Assembly (NCBI RefSeq): GCF_035084215.1
Contig: NC_090366.1
Location: 3,472,001 to 3,536,000, forward strand
Length of the DNA: 64,000 bases
Source: Heptranchias perlo
Lineage: Eukaryota
Direction of reading: 5' to 3'
The notes under the pieces are model-generated. The model made no database searches. It was not told where the DNA came from and saw only the letters and a list, made by a program, of their open reading frames with translations. Position numbers and translations under genes: made by a program. Below are positions 24,651-36,400 of this stretch, piece by piece; the stretch's first letter is position 1; every line of letters starts with the position of its first letter.

Positions 24651-27600
24651 AATAATGTCATAAGAACATAAGAAATAGGGGCAGAAGTGGGCCATCCGGA
24701 CCCTCGAGCCTGCTCCACCATCCAATCAGATCATGGCTGATCTGCGACCTCAACAGCACTTTCCAACCTGATCCCCATATCCCTTGATTTCCCCTAGAGT
24801 CCAAAAATCGATCCATCTCAGCCTTGAATATACCCAATGACTCAGAATCCACAGCCCCCTCTGGTAGAATTCCAAAGATTCGCAACCCTCTGCGTGAAGA
24901 AAGTCCAACTCATCTCAGTCTTGAATGGCCGTCCTCTTATCCTGCGACAAAGACCCCGTTGTTCCAGATTCTATAGCAAGGGGATACAATCTCTCAGCAT
25001 CTACCCTGTCAAGGCCATTCATTACCTCATATATTTCAATGAGTCATCAGCGATAGATTACTTGTGTGTGACATCGTCGTGACCTACATGATGTCATCAC
25101 CGGCAGATTACTTGTGTGTGACATCGTTGTGATCTACAAATCCGGGGCTCTTATCCCTCCCAACCAAAAACAGGTTTGCCCAACACATTTCCCTGTGGAC
25201 AGTGCCGAGTAAAGGTGAAGTAATCTGATGCTTCTCCAACAGTTCGCTTGGTATGTTTGTTCGCCTGTGGAATTCAATGTACAGGTCAGTTTTGTGTTTA
25301 GTTAACTGATCTCAAGCCAGGAAGGCAGTAGGCATGTTACAGTTAGAACTATCACCCCTGGGTTTGGGAGGGGAAATATCAGTCGGCATACCTTCGCCTG
25401 ACTGCCACAGATGCTTGTTTGTGAGCGTTAAGTTGGCTTCAACTGTAATGCCCCTCTTGGTAGAATAGCTTGCCAAAACTCATTCTTTATGTGCTCCCTC
25501 AGAAGCAAGACCAATTGGGCAATGTAGCTCGGGGCAGCTGGGATCATTGAACCCGTGTCCCACCAAGAGTCAAAACCTTCAGTAGAAGAAGGTTTCGGAG
25601 AGAAAATTGGAAAGAAAACGAAAAAACAACTGTTTACAGAGCACCTGGACCTGGAGCCCTAGAGGGAATGATCAAGGGTCTTGGCAATATTCTTAGGGAC
25701 TCCATGAATCCACGCGCTCTCGCTGGCTGATAACTGGATGATAGTGAATATTCAAGGAGCAGTGAGGCATGAATCAGAGAATAACAGACCAGTTCATCAA
25801 ACATCACTTGCGGAGGAAACGCTCGAAATCATTTTATGGGAGGCCATCAATATTTATCTTAAAAGCAGTAGGTCAATCCTCATGAATCTACTGGAATTAT
25901 TTGAGGAGGTAGACTGAAGCAATGGATATTGGAAGTCCAGGGAAAGTAATTGATATTTTTTGTGTCATTTTTTTAAAAAAGGGGTTGAATTAATCGCAAA
26001 TCATTTCCTTCTGTCAATTGTCTGCTGTTGCTATTGGACCACAACAAGCATCAGAGACAAGCCTAATTTTGTCCTCCACCAACATACATAAACATGCACT
26101 TTCTGGCAAAAGTCACCGTAATAAGGAATTCGGGTGAAACTTCATTACCCAGAGGGGACTTGCTATCACTTGCAGTGGTTGAGGGGAATAGCATAGATGT
26201 ATTTAAGGGAATGCTGGATAGGTACATGAGGGAGAAAGGAATAGAAGGACATTCTGATATGGTGAGATGAAGTAGGGTGGGAGGAGGCTCGAGTGGAGCA
26301 TGATCACCAGCCGAATGGTTTGTTTCTGTGCTGGAAATTCTATGTCATTTGATGCAAAATAAATAGTTTGGTCCTGTTCCCCCATCAGTTTATTTCCAGG
26401 GTCCCCCAGTTGAAGGAATGGTTGAGATGCACCAGATAGCCAGGATTTCGTCACGCTGATCAATTTGGCAATACTTATTCTTTCAATTAATATTATCCAT
26501 ACATTTTTCATCAGCATTTAATACTAAAACTGAGACTTTGCCGATAATGCAAAATGGGCGATAGCGAATCTGCAGAACGTTTTGCAACACGCCCAATTAT
26601 TTTCTCGTTGAACTTTTGGAAAATGGGAATATGGCTGGAGGCAACACGGAGTTCGATTCGCTATCGCCTATTTTGTGCCAAGGCTGAAGATCAATTTCAC
26701 GCCTTGAAGTCGATTTCACACGTCCCAGACCCAGCACTAAAATGAGCAAAAGTAACTGCAGCAAATGGGATGCAATGTTCATGAATTTGAGCAATTTATA
26801 CAGTTCGGAAGGGAGTGTAGGTATTTAAGCCACTTAGAAGAATGGATGTTGCCTTACTGTAAAACTGTTTACGGAATCAACAAGTCCACAGAATGTAGCA
26901 ACAAAACTAATTGCAGTTAGACGATGCCAACGTTAATTTACTGCAAAAGAGCTAAATATGTGTGAAAGTTGAGTCAGAGGCATCTGCAAGCGTCGGCAGA
27001 GTATTCTTGCCACAGGCTTCACTGTATTATGTTGCAGAAACAAACTGTGTGTTTGTCTGAGAGAGATGTTGTTTCTGTGTTGTGGATTCGATAGAAACTA
27101 TTGGCTATATCATAGCATCATATCAGGAAACAGTCGTTTCAGAGTGCATATGTAAATATGCGAGCCGTCATCGTCACGAAGACTTGGTGGGGTACACAAG
27201 CTGAGAGAGTAAGCATCCTTCCCATTCATCCTTGTCCACTCAATGAATTACATCGACGTATTTTCCAACGGCGTTTGCATTTTCGACAAAAAACTCAAAT
27301 CCATTTTAGAAATTCCAGGCCTAAGCGCAAAATGACAAAAATGGAATGCAGCAAATTGAGCACAGTATTTATTAATTTCAGTAAATTTGCAGAACTGGAG
27401 TCTGCATCTGAATAGTTAAGTTATTTGGAAGAATGGCTGTGAACCACAGGGCCAAGCGGCTTACTGACAAACATCTCCTATTCCACGACTATTTAACGAA
27501 GGTGAGGAAACCACACGTCTACAATCTGCAGCAGCAATACTAACGACAGTTACACGTCTCCACCATACATCTCGTATGAGCTGCAAAAAGCTAAATGTGT

Positions 27601-28040
27601 GAAATGTGAGTCAGAGGCGTCTGCAAGCGGGGGCAGAGCTCTCTGGTAGCAGGATCCAATACATTACGTTCACAAATAACTGTACATTTGGTGTGTGTGT
27701 GTGTGTTTAACAGAGAGGGAGATTCTGTATCTGTGTTAAGGATCCTATGGAAAATGTTAGATATACCATGAAAGCACATTCCGTATCAGTCGGTCACAAG
27801 CAGTGCATGGCTGGGATGTGCTTGCAGCCGACCTCACCAGTATTTGGTGGAGTTTCACAAGTTGAGTAAGTAAGCGCTGTCCCGATGGATTGTTGGGAAC
27901 ACCTCACCTCCGCCGGAGTCCGATGGGATTCGTGAAGAATTCTAACAAATGACCGGGAAGAATAATGCAGAAACCTGATTGCTCTTTGTTGTGAAATAGC
28001 TTTTGCATGTTGACAGTGAAACCGGGAACAGTTTCCAGCC

Positions 28041-28083
28041 ATGAAGAGTTGCGTGTTTCTCTCTCTCATGACATCGACAGACG
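28041..28083 (+). other. Orphan or alternative Siglec leader exon (MKSCVFLSLMTSTD)
   Basis: gccATG plus 43 nt plus GTAAAT. Followed by ~450 bp of copy-1-like intron 1 that stops at ~28530 with no V exon. Confidence 0.75.
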
Positions 28084-28664
28084 GTAAATAATTGTTACTA
28101 ATGATTTCTGCAAAAAATGGTTGATATGTTTTCGGAAGAGTGCTGGACAATTCTTTCTGCCAATGCTACGTGGCTATTGATTGTAAATTTAGTGAAACAA
28201 TTTCATGGGAGTTTAGCGCATGCTTTATAGATGCTTCATTGCGTTTTAATTCCTATTCAAATGGTATTTATTGGCATTACAAATTATTTTGAATGTCTGT
28301 TTTAATCTACGTTTAATATTAGGTCAATTTATATTTAATAAGCAATCTAATGTTCAATGGATGTGTAATGTATCGTATCGTTAATATTAAATATATATTT
28401 ATAACATTCTTATTGGGCATTCACTTTCTGTTTTGCGCATATGCATTCTGTGTTAATATGAAAATTGCATTTCTATATTACCGTTTCTTAAGATTGCTGT
28501 CAAGTAGGTATATCTATGGGCATTTAAATCAGGAAGAAGTCAACAGCGACGATGGTATCTCCAGAACAGATCAAATAGCAGCGATCAACAGTGCCATATG
28601 CAGACCATCAAAGGTCGAGGCGACTGGGGCTGGATTAATTGTTTCAGTATGTTGGTTAGTGATA

Positions 28665-28747
28665 TAAAAACAGAAAAGGCTTGAAACACTCAGCCGGCCA
28701 GGCAGCATCTGTGGAGAGAGAAACAGAGTTAACCTTTCATCAGAACA
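28665..28747. mobile_element. Short Penelope-type repeat fragment (related piece at 48069-48110)
   Basis: aaaacagaaaa..gcagcatctgtggagagagaaacagagttaac..tttcatcagaa; the 48069 piece reads CTGATGA..GAAACGTTA on the minus strand. Confidence 0.5.
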
Positions 28748-29214
28748 GTTAGTGTTTAATGCGTCGACTTAAGTGCTCAATATTCTCATTATAAAGATTA
28801 CATATTAGAGTTCTCATGGATTATAAATCGCCAATCACATTAGGCCCATTTGTTTATTCAATCGATCAAAAACAGCGTTTATCAAATAAGGCACTAACTA
28901 CTTTCGGGGAGCAAAAGCTCTTGAGGTTGTCTGTCGAGGCAATAGTGCAAGGAGATTTCCTTTGCTTAGTTTCCGCACTGGAAATAAACGAAACAGAGGC
29001 AATATTCATTATGTATTTGGAACGCATTTACAGGGTGTTTCCACAGGAATATATACACCTTCGTGATTGTATAAAAACACATATTCTGCAACTCACTCAG
29101 CAGAAACATACGAATCCTGAGCCAATAATAACAGCACATCTGCTCACATTCCATTCCCTGGTCCATATTTTATTGAGTTCAGACGTGTTTTAACTCCATT
29201 CTCATTATTCCTGT

Positions 29215-31033
29215 TACAGAGTGACGATGAACTTACAGTCAGAAACTGGAGAATTTATAATGGAGAACAGGGAAATGGCAGAGCAATTAAACAAATACTT
29301 TGGTTCTGTCGTCACGGAAGAGGACACAAATAACTTTCCAGAAATGCTAGGGAACCAAAGGACGAGTGAGAAGCAGGAATTAAAGGAAATTAGTATTCGT
29401 AAAAAAAATAGTGCTGGAAAAATTAATGGGACTGAAAGCCCATAAATCTCCACGACCTTATAATCTGCATCCCAGAGTACTCAAAGAGGTAGCCATGGAA
29501 ATAGAGGATGCATTAGTTGTCATATTCCAAAATTCTATAGATTATGGAATAGTTCCTGCAGATTGGAGGGTGGCAATTTTTAACCCCACTATTTAAAAAA
29601 GGAGGGAGAGAGAAAATAGGGAACTACAGACCGGTTAGCCTAACATCAGTAGTCGGGAAAATGCTGGAGTCTTTTTTAAGGGACGTGATAGCAGGACACT
29701 CAGAAAATATCAACGGGATTAGACAAAGTCAACATGGATTTATGAAAGGGAAATCATGTTTGACAAACCTACTGGAGTTTTTTGAGGATATAATTGGTAG
29801 AACAGATAAGGGACATAAGGGAGAGGTTTATTTGGATTTTCAGAAGGCCTTTGATTAGGTCCCACATCAGAGGTTATTGTGCAAAATTAAAGCACATGGG
29901 ATTGGTGGTAATATGCTGGCATGGATTGAAAATTAGTTAACGACCGGAAACAGAGAGAAGGAATAAATGGGTCTTTTTTCGGGGTGGCAGGCAGTGACTA
30001 GTGGGGTCCTGCAGGGATCAGTGATTTGGCCCCAGCCAGTCACAATATATATCAATGATTTGGATGAGGGAACCAAATGTAATATTTCCAAGTTTGCTGA
30101 CGACAAAAAACCAGGTGGGATCGTGAGTTGTGAGGAAGATGCAAAGAGGCTTCGAGGCGATTTCGTCAAGTTGAGTGAGTGGGCAAATACATGGCAGATG
30201 CAGTATAATGTGGATAAATGTGAAGTTATCCACTTCGGAAGGAAAAACAGAAAGGCAGAGTATTATTTAAATGGTGATAGATTGGGGAATGTTGATATAC
30301 AAAGGGATCTGGGCGTCCTTGTACATCAGTCACTGAAAGCAAACATGCAGGTGCAGCAAGCAGTTAGGAAGGCAAATGGTATGTTGGCCTTCATTGCAAG
30401 AGCATTTGAGTATAGGAGCAAGGATGTCTTACTGCAGTTATACGCGGCCTTGGTGAGACCACACCTGTCGTATTGTGTGCAGTTTTGGTCTCCTTACCTA
30501 AGAAAGGATACAGTTGCCATAGAGGGAGTGCAGCGAAAGTTTACCAGACTGATGCATGAGATGGCAGGGCTGTCATATGAGGAGAGATTGGGTTGACTTG
30601 GCCTGTATCCACTCGAGTTTGGAAGAATGAGAGGGGATCTCATTGGAACATACACAATTCTGACAAGGCTGGACAGACTGGATGCAGGGAGGATGTTTCC
30701 CCTGGCTGGGGAGTCCAGAACGATGGGTCACAGTCTCATGATACTGGGTCGGACATTTCGGACTGAGATGAGGAGAAATAGTCTTCACTCAGAGGGTGTG
30801 ATGAACCTGTGGAATTCTCTACCACAGAAGGTGGTGGAGGCAATTCACTGAATATATTTAAGATGGAGCTCGATAGATTTCTAGAAACAAAAGGCATCAA
30901 GGGGTATGGGGAGAGAGCGGGAATATGGCATTGAGATAAAAGATCAGCCATGATCATATTGATTGGCGGAGCAGGCTCGAAGTGCCGAATGGCCTACTCC
31001 TGCTCCTATTTGCTATGTTTCTATGTTTCTATG
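29215..31033 (+). mobile_element. CR1 LINE, 5'-truncated
   Basis: RT motifs (QHGFMKGKSCLTNLLEFFE, KFADD) with frameshifts; (TATGTTTC)n tail. Confidence 0.93.
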
Positions 31034-31289
31034 ATATACAGAAGTGGAACTGCAGTTTATTCTCACCACCAAAACCAGTTGAGACTGAAGGATTCGGTAG
31101 ACAACTGAAAGTTTATCAACTCTAGGAAAGGTGAATGATATATCCACTACGAGGAAACGTGATCATGAAGCAATCAAATTGGGATGTTTTGATACAACTC
31201 CGCCTCCTTCGAATGTTACAAAGATGCCTTTGAGAATGGACATGTTCAGAGAGTGTTTGGTATCTTCACTTCTCTTAGCTGGAAGATTT

Positions 31290-32247
31290 AATTATAATAA
31301 AGCCCATAGGATCCAATGGAAAGTGGGAAGTTGTATCCAAAATTGGCAGGATGCAAAGGTTAATGTTCGACTGGTGTTTTTGTAACTGGAAGGCTGTTCT
31401 CAGTGGGATTCCACAGGATTCAGTACTGGGTCTCTGGCTTCATGTGGTATATATCAATGATTTAGACTTAAATGTAGGGGGGCATGATTAAGAAGTTTGC
31501 AGATGATACCAAAAATGGCCGTGTTTTTGATAGTGAGGAAAATAGATGCAGACTGCAGGAAGATATCAACAGACTGGTCAGGTGGGCAGAAAAGTGACAA
31601 ATGGAATTCAATCGGGAGAAGTGTGAGGTAATGCATTTGGGGAGGGCAAATATGGCAAGGGAATACACAATAAATGGGAGGATACTGAGAAGTGTAGAAG
31701 AACAGAGGGACCACGGAGTGCATATCCACAGATCCCTGAAGGTAGCAGGACAGGCAGATAAGGTGGTTAAGAAGGCATATGGGATACTTTCCTTTATTAG
31801 GCGAGGCATAGAATATAAGAACAGGGAGGTAATGCTAGGGTTGTTTCATTTGGAGCAGAGGGGAGATTTAATTGAAGATCATAAAATTGTGAGGGGCCTA
31901 GAGGGACTGGATAGGAAGGATATATTTCCCTCAACAGAGTCGTCAATAACCAAGGGCATAGATTTAAAGTAATTTGTGAAGGATTACAGGGTAATTAAGG
32001 AGACATTGTTTCATCCAGAGGGTGGTGGGGGTCTGGAACTCACTGCCAGAAATGATGTTAGAGGCTGTTTATCGCATTTGAAAAGTAGTTGGATGAACAC
32101 TCGAAGTGCAGTAACCTACAGGGCTACGGACCAAGAGCTGGAAAGTGGGATTTGGCTGGATAGCTCTTATACGGTCGGCGCAGACACGGTGGGCCGATTG
32201 GGCTCCTTCTGTGCCGTCAATTTCATTGATTCTATGATTTCTATGAT
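31290..32247 (+). mobile_element. CR1 LINE fragment, second subfamily
   Basis: KFADD, MEFNREKCEVMHLG; (TTCTATGA)n tail. Confidence 0.88.
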
Positions 32248-33424
32248 GAAGGGTTTGCAATTTGCTCTCGCCAGTGTTGCACTACCGACCAACAGCAAGA
32301 TCAACCGGTGTCGAATATTCACTTTAACTGATTGGAAACCGGGCGTGAGAGCCCAGCCCACCTTTATCCATCCCGCTGGATTTTCGTATCTTTTAATTTC
32401 AATAAATGAATAAATTGACCACTGACGACGGCAAATTTGTTCGTTAAGATCCGGGCCTCCAATCCTCGATTGCAAGAAATAGTTCGGGTCAATCCCCCCC
32501 GTCAAGTTCATCCACATATTCCCAGTTGAAGTTGGCGAGGAATTGTTGAGAAGTACCATATAACCAGGAATTTAACACACTGATCAGTTTGGCAGGACCT
32601 GTTGTTTCTATCAATCGTATCTATGTATTTTCTAACTGCATTTGCGTTTACAACACAAACCTGAAATCAATTTTACAGTTCCGAGAATTCATACCGAAAT
32701 TTGAAAAAAAAACACTGCAGCAATTGGGGTAGAATTTTGGTTAATTTTAGCAAATTTAGAGAGCTTGCGTGTGAACAGAAAGTGGAAAATCAATGAGAAG
32801 AAAGGTTGTTTACCACAGCGTCAATCGATTTACTGAAAACAGCTCCTATCTCTGACGTCACAGATACAGATTGGGGCACGAACTGAAGCAGGCGAGGAAA
32901 CCACACGACTGCAGATTGCAGCAAAATAACGAACAACGGTTACACGTCACCAACATTCACCTCGTACTGGCTGTAAAAATGCTAATTGTTTGTGAACATT
33001 GAGTCAGATGCGTTTGCAAGCGGGGCAGAGTACTCTTGTTACAGATTCCAATATATGATGTTCATAATTAACTGTACATTTGCTGTATGTGTGTTTGAGA
33101 GGAAGAGAGATACGCTCGTTCTGTTTTAAGTATTCTTTAGCAACTATTAGATATACCAAAGCAACACCTTCATTCACTGTCGGCCACGTACAGCACATGG
33201 CTAAGATCTGCCAGCAGCCCACCTCACCAACGAAGCTGAGTGAGTATGTATGCACTGTTTGTACAGATCGGTTGATACCGAATACTTGACCTCCCCGATA
33301 GTCTGATGATGATTAGCAATGGAATCCAATATGTGACTGGCAAGAATAATGCAGAATCGTGATTAGTTTTTGTTGTGAAATAGGTTCTTCATTCTGACAG
33401 TGAAGTCGGGAACAGGTTTCAGCT

Positions 33425-33467
33425 ATGAGGAGTTGCGTATTTCTTTCTCTCATGACATTGACAGAAG
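33425..33467 (+). CDS. Siglec-like copy 2 exon 1 (signal peptide MRSCVFLSLMTLTE)
   Basis: gctATG start; 43-nt exon ending at phase-1 donor g|GTAATT; paralogous to leaders at 5797 and 28041. Confidence 0.75.
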
Positions 33468-36400
33468 GTAATTTTCTTCAAATTTTGCTAATTGCTACAA
33501 AAGGTGATTTAGCTCTTGTGGGGAGAGAATAGAACACTCCTTATAGAAATGATTTTCGGTTATTGATTTTAAAACAAGTGAAATTGGAATTTCATGACTG
33601 TTTGACGCGTTATTTATCGGTGTTTAACTACTATTCAAAAGTCTTTAAATATTGGGCATTCCAAATTATATTTAACGAGTATTTTAATTCATATTTAATG
33701 AGTAATTCAAAGGAGAATCAATGGGTGTTGAATGCATATCTAAGTCAATTTTAAGGAAATTCACTTTCATTTTAATGAATATGTATTCTGTTTCTGATGC
33801 GTACTATATATGTATATTATTGGTACATAAACGCCCTATGAAATAAGCGCTAATATGAGTATTTCAATAGCTCATTTGATTGATATTTAATTAGTATTTT
33901 ACGTTATTAGGAAAAGGCTTTAAATGATATTTAAATTGCTACTTTGATGGGGGATTACTTGTGAATTTATAAATAATTTAATAAATCTTTACGATATTTC
34001 AATTGACTTTGAATGAATACCTAAAGTGGGTCAAATGTTTATTTTTCTCTCAGTTGTTTGTAATATTCAATGGTCTGTGGTGATTCCAAAAAGAGTTTCG
34101 GCAGTGTTGGATTCGTGTGCACTGATCCCGTGTACGTTTGGTCAACCAGTCCATAACGCCAGGCCAAAGGGGAGGTGGATAAAGACGGGCTCTGGTCATT
34201 GTAACCCCGGGGATTCAGTTGTCTACAGTTCGAGAGATCCACACGGGCAGCGTTATAATTATGATGATAGAACTGAGCTCAGGGGCGACCTTGCGAAAAG
34301 TCAATGCTCCATATTGATCAACAACACCAGAAAGAGTGATGAGGGTACTTACTGCTTCATCGTGGAAATCCCCGGGGGCTTGCAAAGTAGTACATATAGC
34401 ACTGGTGGTTCTCAAGCCCTTCTTTCAATTTCTGGTGAGTTTTTCTTTCCTTATATTTTTGTTCAGTGAGAAGCAACCTATGTGCAAACTGGACCCATTT
34501 TGTGGTGTGCCCGGCCGAAATCAAAGGGAGGTAGGGATGAGAGACACAGTGGTTCATATCCTAAACACAGAAATGTACAGAAATTACAGCAGTGAACCAG
34601 GCCGTTCGGCCCAACCAATCCCTGTTGCTCTTTAACTTCACTTGAGCAACACTCCTAATTCCATGTTCCTGGCCTGTTCCCAACTCCTTTTATTCCCATT
34701 TCACTTCAACCATCTTTTCTTTAAATTTCAAATGAGGGTAGATTTTCAGCTTGTTCACTGAACGTAAAACTGGATTTTTTTTGTCGTCCCCGTAAGAAGG
34801 AAATCAACAGATCTTCATGACCATTGAAATAAAAGGAAATGAAAATCTGGCGGTTGCTGCAATGGACGCCTGGTCTGGAACGCCAGTTTCCATTCGGGCG
34901 CCCAACTTGAAAATCTATCCCAGTTTGTTTCTATTCTCCTGTCCCTTTGCTTCATAAGTTTAAATACCTCTATCAAAGATTTATTGACATTGAATTGTAT
35001 CTGCCTCTTATTTCAACATTCTCCATTATTCCCTTGCAACTCCGTTTAGTTCTTGGAGTTACTTACTGTGTTGAACGTTCAACTTTGGCCTGAGTGTTAA
35101 AATGCCGGCATCGGATGACCCTCTAATTAAACACCCATATTCCTTTCCGTGGAATCCAATGGAAAATAACATCGGGTGGAATGTGTTATCCGCGGAGAAT
35201 CCGATTCTACCCCTTATTCTTCATTTTCAAACATTAAAGTTACATCCTGGATCTGCTATCAATTAACCTCACGAAATTTGGACATCACTCCCTCTATCGC
35301 TAAAACCAAATTATCGATGGTCTGTCCATTTCTTGAGCGTCATCTTTCTCGTTTAAGTTCATTTGCAACAGAATCTGCGTTCCCTCTGACCTGCATTAGT
35401 CACCATCAGAATTGTTGGTTATATTTAAAGATCTAACGTTGATTTTGCGTTTAGCTGCAAGGCTGTTTCATTGGACTTTCGGTTTCCGATCCATAGTATG
35501 AATAACATGGGCGATTCAACGACAGGTGGTTAATTAAGTGAGGCCATATATTGCCGGCTGAGGCATTAAACTACCTTATAAGTTCAAGGAGTAATTCAGG
35601 ATAGCGAACTTACCAGCAACACATAACAGAAAAAGCAGAAGAAAATGTGATTTTTAAATTCTTTGTCAGATTTAGTTGGAAGTGCTGCTTCAGGCCACTC
35701 GCTCGTTTTAAGATTGAAATGATCGTCATACGCCCGTTTGCTCCTTTCCTTGCAGACAGGCCAGAAATTTCAGTTGATGGGGAATTGACTTCTGGAAAAA
35801 TAGCTCGACTGACCTGTTCGATCATCCACAGCTGCCCATATGACAAACTGCAACTGAGGTGGATTGATTACAATGGGTCCCTTCCTCTTCCATGGGATAC
35901 TGAAGATGGGGAAGAAATTGTCAATGAACCCTCCGGTTCTTGGAGAGTATCATCGGTGCTCATCTTCACTCCATCATCTGCTCATGACGGGAAAAAACTA
36001 GGATGCACAATTGTACTTAATGGGTCGCCAAGTTATTCTCCACAAACTCGTACCTTGGAGATTAAATGTAAGTCTCTGCTCTGAAGTAAATAGACGGAAC
36101 CTGTGGTCCAACGGGTTGAAAAGCTGTCCTTCCACCGATAGCAATTTATTAAAGGTTTAGGACCGCATCAAAAAAATACACCGAGAAACCTCCGTCTATG
36201 CCGTGAGAGCTCAAGTCGATAATCAATTAATCTAAATGGCACTCAGCCAATCCTTTAGAGTGAGAATATTTTTTTGGAAGATTAGTCTTGTTAATTCTTA
36301 TCCTAATCTGATCTTGTGAGTTTAGTCGGTCATAAAGGGATACAAAAAAGGCTATGGCGAGTCAGGGTCTGTAGCTGGTCTCTGCTTTGATCCCAGAGCT

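Noticed and set aside
23700-25140. Endogenous viral element with CRE-rich terminal repeats
   Set aside because: Motif order is better explained by a hAT transposase; the repeats are copies of its C-terminal coding end.
28816-29193. 125-aa ORF in unique sequence
   Set aside because: No recognisable domain, splice context or paralog in the other unit.
6437-34434. V exons as rearranging Ig/TCR/IgNAR segments
   Set aside because: No canonical YYC, no recombination signal sequence after the exon, and splice junctions lead straight to C2 exons.
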